Shown: positions 48,254-57,989, numbered from the stretch's first letter. The stretch: DNA of 64,000 nucleotides from Alphaproteobacteria bacterium (GCA_964291285.2 OZ219787.1:1472001-1536000); one strand, 5' to 3'. Program-made: numbers and translations. The notes: generated by a model not told the origin, from the sequence alone.

Positions 48254-49003
48254 TCAGGCGAATTTCAGGATTGCGACGGCCAGCGCGATCATGCCGAAGA
48301 TTGCAAGCAGCATCGCCCGGTCGCGCTGCGCCAGTTCCTTCGATAGCCGCTCAATATCGGTCTTGTATTCCGCCGCCTTCGATGCCGGCCGCCCGTTCTC
48401 CGATGACGAGGCGCCGTTCCGATGGCCGCCTCGCGGCTCGGCTTGCGCCGGCAGGGCGGTGAGCTTGTCGGCCCTTGCCCGGCTTGCGGCAGCGAGGATC
48501 GGTTCCGTGTGACGCGGCGGGGCGCTGGCAGTAGGATTCCAGGGCCTCGGCCTCCTGATCGGTTCCGTGTGACGCGGCGGGGCGGGTTCTTCTGCCGGCA
48601 GTGCTGCCCGGACGGGCGCAGCATGGACGCCGTCTGCATAGTCTTCACGGACGGACAGACGGTCCAGACGGTCGAGGATATCCAGCAAGCGGTTCCTGGC
48701 GACGGTATCTTCCATTCCATCAACCAGCGTTTCGACCCACGCCGCCAGTCTCCGAGCGTTGTGCGGGTGATATTGCTTGTTCCATTGAGAACATATATAC
48801 CATCGATCATTATAAAGGTACGGATAGTACCTTTTTTGGTACTTCCCGTCTCTATCTCTGCGGATCAGTGTATAGCTGAGCTTTAAGCCCAAGGGATTTT
48901 TAGTGGTCAACAAAAAATTGATTGTTTCGTTGTCCAGCGTTCCGGGAAAGTCCTCGAGAACGGTTCGCATAAAATATTGCACAATCTTCTGAAGCGTGTC
49001 CAT
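48254..49003 (-). CDS. Mosaic hypothetical ORF (AT-rich N-domain, antisense primase Zn-ribbon remnant, coiled-coil/TM tail)
   Basis: GGAGG RBS before MDTLQK; composition shifts mid-gene; the + strand at ~48420-48620 reads LVGPCPACG..DRF..FFCRQC. Confidence 0.5.
   Translation of the reverse strand: MDTLQKIVQYFMRTVLEDFPGTLDNETINFLLTTKNPLGLKLSYTLIRRDRDGKYQKRYYPYLYNDRWYICSQWNKQYHPHNARRLAAWVETLVDGMEDTVARNRLLDILDRLDRLSVREDYADGVHAAPVRAALPAEEPAPPRHTEPIRRPRPWNPTASAPPRHTEPILAAASRARADKLTALPAQAEPRGGHRNGASSSENGRPASKAAEYKTDIERLSKELAQRDRAMLLAIFGMIALAVAILKFA
48497..48584. repeat. 28 bp direct repeat - 32 bp spacer - 28 bp direct repeat
   Basis: GATCGGTTCCGTGTGACGCGGCGGGGCG at 48497-48524 and 48557-48584, exact match. 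Confidence 0.9.
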
Positions 49004-49081
49004 AGCGTTCCTCCAAGGGGCTGGGCAGACGGGGATTTTGCACCCGAACATTTGCGTACCATCTCACTTCTCAAATTCACC

Positions 49082-50353
49082 TCAACAGATAGTGAATTTC
49101 TGAGGTAGCTGAGCAGATTCGCTTCCGAGAGCCAACCTATAGGAGTACAGAAGCTTCCGCCGGTCTACCTCGATACCGCTCATGTATGTCAGGAGGCGTC
49201 CGGCCAACGGTGCACCTTTCGCAATCATTCTTTTCCGCTCTGTATCCCAAATTATCCCCCTAAATGGCGGTAGCGCCATATCCAACGGAAAGTTATGTGC
49301 TCTCTCAAAAGCTGCATTTAAATCCTTCGACTTTGCTATCATTGCCATGGCATTGGCGAACGCTATTTGTCCAACCGGGCGAAAGAGTACATTTCGTACT
49401 TCAGGACTCCGCGCGATTTGGGCGATTCCACTATTGGGGCCCTCTTCTAGGTATCGCTGCAATTCTACATTTAGCTTCGCCATGCTACAAAAATATTGCA
49501 GAACTCGATTATAGTAATAGTCAATACGTGCCTCAGAAAGGCGTATGTTAATCGCTTCTTTGACCTCTACTCTCTCCTCCACGCTGGCCGCCAACGCATT
49601 GGAAAGAAGTCGCTTGATTACCGTATAGAGTGTCGCTATAGAAAACAGTGCATCAGAATCAGCAGGAATTGTTGACGTAAAACTCTTGATATCAACTTGA
49701 CCATGTGAAAACCACTTATGATCATCAACCAAGCGTCGCGCTAGAATGGCGGGCAGATCGATTTCATCGAGAATTATTATGTCCTTGAGGCCAACTGGCA
49801 CAGCGCGCTTATTTAAGTCAATAAACAATCTCCGGGTTCTTTGAATTCCTGTATCGGTATTCAAGTGAGGCACAAACAGGACAGTAAGTATATCACCCGA
49901 TGCGTTACCACCGTTCTCAAGTGCTCTTTTAATTCCAGAAACACGGTGCTGGCCATCGAGAGCAAACAGACGCTCGGTGCCTGTCAATTCCAGGAAGCCG
50001 ACACGCTCCTGCTCCGCGAGGTATCCGATATTCTCCATGTTAAAATCAGGTCGAGCTGTGATTCCGAAAGGATGCCAAACCGGTTCTCCCCCATATATAC
50101 CCACAACGATGGCATTGAAGAAGCGGGAGTCAGTTTCTTTCAGGTAGTTCGCGATTGCATCCTGCCGATTTCGTTTTCCAGAACCTGAGTCTTGCAATTG
50201 TCGCTGAATCAAGTTGCCTAGATTTCGGTTCTTATGCAGTAAATGGGCGAAACCAATGCGATCTTTGACTTCAGACAACGGCATTATTGCTGCATAGTAA
50301 ACCCAATCTCCAAATTGGCCTTGAAGGGCTGGCAATAGGATCGGTGTAGTCAT
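49082..50353 (-). CDS. DGQHR-domain (DndB-like) protein
   Basis: IQR, RFFNAIVV, LFALDGQHR and RRLFIDLNKRA. Confidence 0.9.
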   Translation of the reverse strand: MTTPILLPALQGQFGDWVYYAAIMPLSEVKDRIGFAHLLHKNRNLGNLIQRQLQDSGSGKRNRQDAIANYLKETDSRFFNAIVVGIYGGEPVWHPFGITARPDFNMENIGYLAEQERVGFLELTGTERLFALDGQHRVSGIKRALENGGNASGDILTVLFVPHLNTDTGIQRTRRLFIDLNKRAVPVGLKDIIILDEIDLPAILARRLVDDHKWFSHGQVDIKSFTSTIPADSDALFSIATLYTVIKRLLSNALAASVEERVEVKEAINIRLSEARIDYYYNRVLQYFCSMAKLNVELQRYLEEGPNSGIAQIARSPEVRNVLFRPVGQIAFANAMAMIAKSKDLNAAFERAHNFPLDMALPPFRGIIWDTERKRMIAKGAPLAGRLLTYMSGIEVDRRKLLYSYRLALGSESAQLPQKFTIC

Positions 50354-50838
50354 TGCCACGCACTCCTGGCATCGCGAACCTCAGCGGAGAAGTCTCTACG
50401 GCTATAGGGTGGCATCATGGCATCATTGAAGTCTTTTTCAAGTTTAGAAATATCAAGGGTAGTTGTGTCAATCTCCGACCAGATAAGCATTAATTCGCCT
50501 TCAAACACATGTAAGAATCGTCGGACGGGAGTCCGGCCCGAACTCGAGTCCTTTTCAGAAAAATATTTCATGCAACGTCTTCGAAGCGAAACTCTGGAGA
50601 TTCCACCATATAGGGAAAGTCCGAGAGGCGGAAGACAAGTGAGATCATGTCCGACGTGAAAACAATATACGCCGGGTCTGTCGCTGATCTTGGATACTTC
50701 GTCAGGTTCGAAGGGTGTGAAATGCCAGTTAGGTTGGTATTGGGCACAAAACAGCCGCCAGCGATCCGGGAACAGTGCAATTCGGACGGTTCGCAAGTCG
50801 AGTTCCGCAAGCTGGTCGATAAATGGGTGCAGGGACAT
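50350..50838 (-). CDS. GIY-YIG-like nuclease
   Basis: PGVYCF ... LYGGIS..SLRRR..KY ... LEKDF....PPY; stop overlaps the DGQHR ATG. Confidence 0.7.
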   Translation of the reverse strand: MSLHPFIDQLAELDLRTVRIALFPDRWRLFCAQYQPNWHFTPFEPDEVSKISDRPGVYCFHVGHDLTCLPPLGLSLYGGISRVSLRRRCMKYFSEKDSSSGRTPVRRFLHVFEGELMLIWSEIDTTTLDISKLEKDFNDAMMPPYSRRDFSAEVRDARSAWQ

Positions 50839-50930
50839 CAGGCTATCTCAGCTCTCAGCGGGAATTTGCGTTCTTTCATGTGCAATCCGCACACAGTCGC
50901 GAAAGCAGGAGACGGTAGGTGGCTGTTGGT

Positions 50931-52463
50931 TCATGGGGTCCAGCATAGGACTTTCTGGGTGCGGGCCTCTGAGCGTATCCGGCAAAGCGCTTCGCCCACT
51001 TGCAGGCCGGTCAGGGAGACGGTGCTGCCGAAGATGCGCTTCGTCGGACCCGGTCTGGCTTGGGTATTGAAGGCTAGGGTCATGCCCATATTGTCCAAGT
51101 AGCCATCCTCGGCACCATCGAAGTCGTCAGGGGATTGCGATATCAACATGAGGGACCCACCCTTCGATCGACTCATTCGGACGAGATTGCCAAGAGCCGG
51201 AAGCTTTGTCGACAGGATTACATGGGCTTCGTCGAGCATGGTCAGATGGCGGAGCTCGCGCGCACCCTGGTTGTCGGTGGGTGCGTCTGGTTGAGAGTTG
51301 ATCCAACGGTCCAAGGCATCAAGGGTCAAGTTGATGATAAGTCGCCGCATTTCCGGGGATCCGTCTTGTGGAAGCTGGATGATCCAGCTTCTTGCAAAGA
51401 ACGCGGCTGGGGAAAGGTCGGGCTTGAAGAGGGCGAACTGGGTCAGTTCGTTCAACGTCGCCGTCAACTCATCGGCTTTCCGCCCACGATCCTCGTACTC
51501 CGATTCCACTGCCATCGCGACGTCCGGCAGATTTGCTGGGGCATCCGCCGAACTGTGACGAAGGACGGATGCGACTGCTTCCCTCAGCGCTTCTGACTGG
51601 ACGCCGCTGGGCTTGCGTACCTTCACCGCGGCGATCGAGTCCCGAATGCGGGCGGCGGCGGTTTTGATGGATGTGTCATCACTGGACGAAACATGCAGCA
51701 CGTCCAATGGGATTGCCATCTCCGGGGGGATGATTGACGTGGCTCCGAAGCTCTGCGTGAAGCTGTCGATGAGGTCGCCCTTGAAGTCGAATGCCAGGAG
51801 CGGAAGCTCGCAGTGTCGGCGCAATGTGCGCAGCATGTGGACGGCGGTCCTGGTTTTGCCGGAACCGACACCGCCCATGATGGCTATGTGGGGGCTGCCG
51901 CCTGCCCCGTTCACCGAAAACGTGACATGCTCGTTCGACCTGAGATCACGAGCGATTTCGCCCACGGGCAATCGGACTTCTCCAGCGTAGGTGGACGCCG
52001 CGGCATCTGGCGGGGCATCGTCGCGCCGATCACCGTCTCCAGCAAAGCTCGCGAGTTCAGCGAGGCGCGCGACAAAGCCCCCCATCTGCTGGTCGCCGTC
52101 GCTCCAGTCCTGCCTGAGAAGCAACGCACCCCTGTGCCAATGGCGTGTGACCAATTCTTGCAGGACCCTCTTGGTCATTTCAGTGTCGCGGCTGTGCTGC
52201 GTGATGAGAGCCAACCATGCGGCAGCGTGTGCGTCCTCTCCGAAGAGTTGCATGCCGCGCAACGGGATCGCCATGTCCTCGCTGTCTTCATCCTTCAATT
52301 CAGGTGGCTGCTCAGGGAGTGACAGCGATCTACCCACGGCCAGCCGGGCGGCGACATATCGATGCTTCCAACCCAACTTCGCGGTGAGGTCGGCGCAAAT
52401 GTTGTCCGCGGTTCGGGTCGTCCGAAATGTCGATGTCGCAAGATCCAGAATGCCGATAACCAT
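50931..52463 (-). CDS. DndE-like N-domain fused to a HerA/FtsK-type (DUF87-like) ATPase
   Basis: N-terminal ARLAVGRSL...LFGE...HWHRGA resembles DndE; Walker A GGVGSGKT, FDFKGD, Walker B MLDEAH and RMSRSKG..LMLISQSP. Confidence 0.75.
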   Translation of the reverse strand: MVIGILDLATSTFRTTRTADNICADLTAKLGWKHRYVAARLAVGRSLSLPEQPPELKDEDSEDMAIPLRGMQLFGEDAHAAAWLALITQHSRDTEMTKRVLQELVTRHWHRGALLLRQDWSDGDQQMGGFVARLAELASFAGDGDRRDDAPPDAAASTYAGEVRLPVGEIARDLRSNEHVTFSVNGAGGSPHIAIMGGVGSGKTRTAVHMLRTLRRHCELPLLAFDFKGDLIDSFTQSFGATSIIPPEMAIPLDVLHVSSSDDTSIKTAAARIRDSIAAVKVRKPSGVQSEALREAVASVLRHSSADAPANLPDVAMAVESEYEDRGRKADELTATLNELTQFALFKPDLSPAAFFARSWIIQLPQDGSPEMRRLIINLTLDALDRWINSQPDAPTDNQGARELRHLTMLDEAHVILSTKLPALGNLVRMSRSKGGSLMLISQSPDDFDGAEDGYLDNMGMTLAFNTQARPGPTKRIFGSTVSLTGLQVGEALCRIRSEARTQKVLCWTP

Positions 52464-52465
52464 CT

Positions 52466-54541
52466 CTATATGTGCTCCGGATCGAGCCTGTGGACGCTCG
52501 TTACGGCTATGCCCTTGTCGGTGCGGACCTTCAATTCGAAGGCAGCCACCAAACGCTCTCTGATCGCATCGAGTTTGTCGTCGATGATCTCTTCGTCAGT
52601 GGACAGGAGAATTACCTGGCCCGGTCGGTCCGTGAACGTGTTGAGGACGCCGATCCTTTGCGCCCGGCTCAGCCGCGCTAAGGGTGTGTCCACAACGAAC
52701 GGAAATATTCGGCCGCTGACTCTTGTAATCGCCGTAATGAGAGCCTGAGTAAACACTTGGCTGGCGCCCGCGGACTTGTCGACCTCGTGCAGATCCTCAT
52801 CGTCTCCGGTCAGCATTCTCACCTCGCAGTCAGGGGTGATTTCGATCCGGTTCACCCGATCCGACAGGTGAGCCATCGCCTTCCAGGCCCGAGTCATTTC
52901 CTTGGCGACCTCGCCAATCTCGCTCGGTAACGCGTCTTTGAGGACGTTCTGGATGAGGTCTGCGTATCGATCAGCGTAGTCAGCCCGCCGTAATGCGGGC
53001 GCGCTGGCACCTTGGCGTGACATGTAGCGTCCGAGTTCCGCTCGCTTCTGGGCAAGTTCCGCTTCCTTGCCCTGGATGGCACGATCAGCCTCATTTCTCT
53101 GGGACTTGTAGTGCCCCATCTGTTCGGAGAGCTCCCTCAATCGCATCGTAAGCCGCTCGACTTCCGGCGCCGTCGACTCGAGCTCCTGCCATTCACGCTT
53201 CACGGAATCGGCGCGTTCGACGGCGATACGGAATCGTTCCTCCTGGCCGGCGACTTCTCCTTCGGTGTGATTGTCCAGCGACAGCAGGCGTTCGATCGCC
53301 CGGTCGCGCATCGTGCCATTGAGAGACGGATGGCGATAGTTCTCGGGACAGCCCTCCGGAGCCGGATGCCACAGGGCGTCCCAAGCCTCTTTGCCTGCTT
53401 CGACAACGGCGAGGCGATGGCCTTCATCGAGTGGAGGGTCGAGCGCCGAGACACGACGCCCAAGTTCGAGGGCGAAGCGGTCGAGATTCTGAGCGCCTTC
53501 GTTGCGACCTGCCTCCCATCGCTCACGTTTTGCTTCCGCCTCCAGCCGTTCGCGTGTGCGCTTCCGGAGTTCGGGACCCGCAACCGCCAGCGCGACATCT
53601 TCCTGGATGAGGGCCAGCAGTGCGTCCATGGCGCGCTGCGCTTCGTCCCGATGCCGTTGTTCGGCCTGCATGAGCTTTCCGACCATTGCGGTCGTGCCTT
53701 CGCCACGGCCGCCGATGGCTTGGGTCAGCTCGTCGATCTCGGCTGTAAGTCCGGGCAGAACCGTCGCCGCCTCGTTGAGGCGATCCTGCTCCTTGACTAT
53801 GGCTTCCGAAATCTCGGCGACATCGGCCTCCACCTTCATGACTGTGCTGTCGGTCGGTGCGGCCGCAGAGGTGCGTCGTTGTTGCGCATAGGTCTCGAGT
53901 GAAGACTTCAGGTTCCGCAGGATGGGGAGACCGAGCAGGCCCTCGATCCCGAGACGGACTTGTTCGCCCATTTCGCGATTTGCATAGCGCTGCACCTGTT
54001 CGCCGTCGAAGAGAAAGAACTCGGCGAGACTGGGGTGCAGGAAGCGTTGCGCTATCCAGTCACGGAACCATCCGTCACGATTCTCGATTCCGGATGGGGG
54101 TATGACGGGTTCCCTGGCCAAGCCGTGAAAAATGGTGAGGTCATCGTCGCTCGGCTTATGTTGACGGTTCTGGCGAAAATGCCAGATCCGCGTGAGCTCG
54201 ATCGGATCTCCGCTGTCGTCCTCGACCTCAATCGACACGGAGCATTTTGCCGGCCCGGTCTCTGTGGCCCGATAGTGAAGGGTGTTGCTGAGAAACTGGC
54301 TGTAGCTGGCCTTGAAGCGGTCGACGGCGTCGCCATGGGCGACTGCCCGGGCGCGGGGCACGAGGACCAGCCCGTCGCGTCCGAACAATCCCAGCGTTAT
54401 GGCCTCAAAGAAAGAAGTCTTCCCGTACTCGTTGGGCGCCCTGATAAGTATGACATTCCGGTGGCCATGCGGGGTTGGAAAGTCAAAGCGAGCATGCCTG
54501 TAGGAGCGCCAATTGATCAATTCGACCGAACGGAGGTGCAT
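52466..54541 (-). CDS. dndD: DNA sulfur modification SMC/ABC ATPase
   Basis: NEYGKTS, FFLFDGEQV, long coiled coil, SAGASQ and PFVVDTPLARL...QVILLSTDEEI. Confidence 0.88.
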   Translation of the reverse strand: MHLRSVELINWRSYRHARFDFPTPHGHRNVILIRAPNEYGKTSFFEAITLGLFGRDGLVLVPRARAVAHGDAVDRFKASYSQFLSNTLHYRATETGPAKCSVSIEVEDDSGDPIELTRIWHFRQNRQHKPSDDDLTIFHGLAREPVIPPSGIENRDGWFRDWIAQRFLHPSLAEFFLFDGEQVQRYANREMGEQVRLGIEGLLGLPILRNLKSSLETYAQQRRTSAAAPTDSTVMKVEADVAEISEAIVKEQDRLNEAATVLPGLTAEIDELTQAIGGRGEGTTAMVGKLMQAEQRHRDEAQRAMDALLALIQEDVALAVAGPELRKRTRERLEAEAKRERWEAGRNEGAQNLDRFALELGRRVSALDPPLDEGHRLAVVEAGKEAWDALWHPAPEGCPENYRHPSLNGTMRDRAIERLLSLDNHTEGEVAGQEERFRIAVERADSVKREWQELESTAPEVERLTMRLRELSEQMGHYKSQRNEADRAIQGKEAELAQKRAELGRYMSRQGASAPALRRADYADRYADLIQNVLKDALPSEIGEVAKEMTRAWKAMAHLSDRVNRIEITPDCEVRMLTGDDEDLHEVDKSAGASQVFTQALITAITRVSGRIFPFVVDTPLARLSRAQRIGVLNTFTDRPGQVILLSTDEEIIDDKLDAIRERLVAAFELKVRTDKGIAVTSVHRLDPEHI

Positions 54542-54756
54542 TAATCTTCCGTTTCGGGCTCGATGTTGTCAAAAATCTCGTTAAACGCTTCCGTTATCCC
54601 GCGTTTTCGAAGCTTGCCCTGCTGATCCATCTCTATAGCGATCAACTGTTCGAGCACACCTAGATCAAGGTCTGCTTCCCTGCACTTCGAACGGACGAGC
54701 TTTCTGCCTGCTTCACTACGAAGGAGTACGACATCGCCATGGCCGCTCGGCATCAC
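54541..54756 (-). CDS. Small Dnd-associated protein (71 aa)
   Basis: Overlaps both the dndC stop and the dndD start; helical, with RKRGI...NEIF. Confidence 0.75.
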   Translation of the reverse strand: MMPSGHGDVVLLRSEAGRKLVRSKCREADLDLGVLEQLIAIEMDQQGKLRKRGITEAFNEIFDNIEPETED

Positions 54757-56000
54757 GCGCCTCCGGTGGCCACGGTGCGCTGCGCTTCCGCATTTCGTTC
54801 TGCACTGACAATCACATCCTCCACCCAGAGCTCCCGTATGCGTTCGATTTCGGATCGGGCAATCAAGACCATTTCCGATTGTGCTTGGAGCGCTAGCAAT
54901 CGATCAAGAATTTCGCGTCTGGTTGCCATGTTGAACGGACCGGGCACGAATACACCCTTCTTGGTGATCGTGACGCGCCCATTGCGGCGCCGGGCAAGAC
55001 GGCGCGAGGGGTCATTGCGAATCTCCACGAGCCAGTCGCGAAACTTGAGCAGCGGCATGAATTGATCGAAACCGGAATCGACGAAGCCCGCCAGGCTCTT
55101 GTCCTTCTCGACGACCGTGCACGTCCAGCACCCGAAACGAGAAGACCTCGTGCCACACGAAGGCACGTCGGCCGTGGAAGTCACGACTGGGCATTCGCCG
55201 CCGCCCGCGTCCCGATAGAGCTGGATCAATCGATCGTGGCTGCCGCCCCAGGGAGGTTTGTTCTCTGCGAGAAATTCCCAAACATCGTCGGTGTCGAGTT
55301 CGAGGATAGGTCGAAACACCAAACAGCCCGGAAGATCGTTGTGCCGGTTCAGTCGCGAACCGTTATCGTAGCGTGCCGCCACGCCCGCCCGCGTGGCGCT
55401 CTCTTTTCTGCGCACGCCAAGGAGAAGGATCACTTCGCCCGAGGTGTTCGCCTGCTTCCGAATGTAGTTGCTGGTCGGCTGGATCTTCATTCGATCGGTG
55501 CACCAGCGGAAGTTGCGGTTGGGTGAGGCATAGCCGCGGCCGATCAGATTGACCCAGAATGTCTGATTCGGTTCGGGCGTGGTCGTGGCAACAACCACGG
55601 GCAAGTCGAATGCCCGTGCTGCCTTCTCGATCTCCGCGAGGCCGATCCTGACATGTTCCATAACCAACGGACTCTCGACGAGCGTGTCGTTCGCGACGAC
55701 ATGGACGGCCCGCGTTCGTTCGCTGCGTGGCAAAGAGACCAAGTGCTCGACAACGAGGTGCGCGACGAGGGTACTGTCCTTGCCGCCGGAGAATCCGACT
55801 ATCCATGGCTTGCCATGAGGCTCAGCGTATTCCTCCTGAATCTGTTGTCGGATGAAGGCAAGGGTGTCGTCGGAGGCGGATTGGGGAGGGTACGTCGGGG
55901 ACCGCGTGTCCATGTTGCTGGACGACGCCGGAGGCTCTGATGCGACGATATGCAACATCCTGTCGAGGCGGTTCTGAGCCGGGAGGGTATCCACACTCAT
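54753..56000 (-). CDS. dndC: DNA phosphorothioation sulfurtransferase (PAPS-reductase family); start uncertain
   Basis: PWIVGFSGGKDS, DTLVESP, FWVNLIGRGY.SP...FRWCTDRMKI, ECP and SRFGCWTCTVV..DKS. Confidence 0.93.
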   Translation of the reverse strand: MSVDTLPAQNRLDRMLHIVASEPPASSSNMDTRSPTYPPQSASDDTLAFIRQQIQEEYAEPHGKPWIVGFSGGKDSTLVAHLVVEHLVSLPRSERTRAVHVVANDTLVESPLVMEHVRIGLAEIEKAARAFDLPVVVATTTPEPNQTFWVNLIGRGYASPNRNFRWCTDRMKIQPTSNYIRKQANTSGEVILLLGVRRKESATRAGVAARYDNGSRLNRHNDLPGCLVFRPILELDTDDVWEFLAENKPPWGGSHDRLIQLYRDAGGGECPVVTSTADVPSCGTRSSRFGCWTCTVVEKDKSLAGFVDSGFDQFMPLLKFRDWLVEIRNDPSRRLARRRNGRVTITKKGVFVPGPFNMATRREILDRLLALQAQSEMVLIARSEIERIRELWVEDVIVSAERNAEAQRTVATGGA

Positions 56001-56354
56001 GCGCGTGCCGTCGGCGACAGGACAGGGCCCCGAAGCTGACCGTCCCGCCCCTGAAGTGTGTACGGAGTGTCAGCGCTTGATCGTCTCGTGGCGGCCACGA
56101 TCATTTGTTCGGCCAAGTCCAGGCTGTCGCGATGGCAACCGTCAGCCGCCCGGATCTTGTCATCGGCGGCTTCGAGGTGGATTTCCTTGGTTGCAGCACG
56201 CCCTTCGAAGACAGGCGCGCTTCGATTGCGAGAGAACCCGTATGCCCGGTCGAGGATTCGCGCACGTTCAACTTTGACCTCTCTGCATGTGAAGCCGCGT
56301 TTCACATACGTGAGTTCGGCGAGCAGTTTACACGACGCCCTCATCTAGAAGCAA

Positions 56355-56374
56355 CCTCAACTGCCGGATTTAGG
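56355..56374. repeat. Orphan IS1380 terminal inverted repeat
   Basis: CCTCAACTGCCGGATTTAGG, identical to 31150-31169. Confidence 0.85.
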
Positions 56375-56651
56375 ATCAACAGGCATCTCGACCATATGGT
56401 GAGGCGTGTGCGCTGTTTGGAAGTTCTTTCTGAGCAAGGCATTGCGGAGGGTCTGGATTTTTCTTACCCCGTCAGGATGGCTGATTTCCGGGGTTTTTGC
56501 GGTTTGGAGGGAAAGGTTTTGTGGATTTCCACCCCATGGCCGTGCGCGGGCTGGTTTTCGGGCGCGTCGCGTTGAGGCGCGGGACTGAGTAGAAGGTGTC
56601 GCCATCGGGCCTGCGGCCCTTGTTCCATCCACCGGCGCTGGTTGGGAGAAC

Positions 56652-57989
56652 ATGATGGCGACAGCGGAGAAGTTAGCCTTTTCGTGGTGGTCTGTGGAGG
56701 GCCTTGCGGACCTTGAGCGTCTGCGTGTGGTGCTCGACACGCTTCCCGACGAGAAGGTTGTGGCTGCGCTTGAGGCGGGTCGCGGTCGCGGGCGGAACGA
56801 CTATCCGGTACGGGCGATGTGGCGTGCGTTGATCGCGGGGATCGTGTTCCAGCATGCCTCGATGCAGTCGCTGCTGCGTGAGCTGGGCCGCAACCCGGCA
56901 TTGCTTGAGATTTGCGGGTTCGAGGCGCTGCCCTTGCAGGGTGCGCCGGTGGTGGCGCTTTGCGCGGGGCGGGTGGTGAGGTATCCGGCGCCGTTGCGCT
57001 CGACGGTGCCGGGCGCCTGGAACTTCTCGCGGTTCCTGGGGCGCGTGGTGCGCCTTGAGGACGAGCGCGGCCTTGTGTCGGGGATGATCGGGCGTCTGCG
57101 CGCCTCGCTGTTCGAGGAGTTGCCGGACTTCGGTCGCCATCTCGGGTATGACGGCAAGGCGGTGGCGAGCCACTCGACGGGCCGGGTTGCCGGGGCCAGG
57201 GGGCAGACCTCGGACCCCGATGCGGACTGGGGCAGGCACGAGACGGGCGGGGTGAACGCGAAGACCGGCGCGGTGTGGAAGAAGGTGAAGTCGTGGTTCG
57301 GCTACGGGCTGCACCTGATCGCCGACACGGACCACGAGGTTCCTGTGGCCTTCGAGGTGACGCGGGCGTCGGCATCGGAACCCGGGGTGCTGTCCGGGAT
57401 GCTGGAGGAGTTGTTCGCCGAGGCGCCGGAGATGGCCGGGCGCTGCGCCGATTTCAGCGCCGACCGCGGTCTCGACAACGCCCGCCTGAAGGCGCGGCTG
57501 TGGGACAGGTGGCATATCCGCCCGCTGATCGACACGCGCCTGATGTGGCGGGTCGAGAAGAAGGAGCCGGGCCATGACCCGGCCCGGCCGATCACGCGAC
57601 CGCTGTTCCCCGGGCGCGCCGACGTCATCGTTCATGACGAACGCGGCCGGGTGTCCTGCGTGTGCCCGCAGACCGGCGAGGTCCGCGCCATGGCCTTCCA
57701 GGGGTTCGAGGTCGGGCGCGGCGTCTGCGGCACGCTCAAATACCGCTGCCCCGCAGCCGCCTTCGGCTTCGAGTGCAAGGGACGCCGGGCCTGCCATCGG
57801 GCGGGTGGGGTGAAGTCCGGCGAATACGGCCGCATCCTGCGCGTCGACCTCGACAGCCATGACCGGCGTATCTTCACGCCCACGCCCTGGGGCAGCCCGT
57901 CATGGCGGCGCGGATACAACCGGCGCACCGCCATGGAGCGGATCAACGCCCGCCTCGACCGCAGCTTCAACTTCGAGACCCATTACATC
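56652..57989 (+). pseudogene. DDE transposase (IS1182/IS5-like, DUF772-type N-terminus), C-terminus cut by IS66
   Basis: GRNDYP, YDGK, SDPDADWG, WFGYGLHL, ADRGLD and YNRRTAMERINARL. Confidence 0.8.

Noticed and set aside
48497-48584. Functional CRISPR array call
   Set aside because: Only two repeats, which derive from coding sequence, with no leader or cas genes; reported as a scar hypothesis instead.
55997-56344. 115 aa ORF overlapping the dndC start, considered as dndA or dndB
   Set aside because: No cysteine desulfurase or DGQHR motifs; cannot be supported as a gene.
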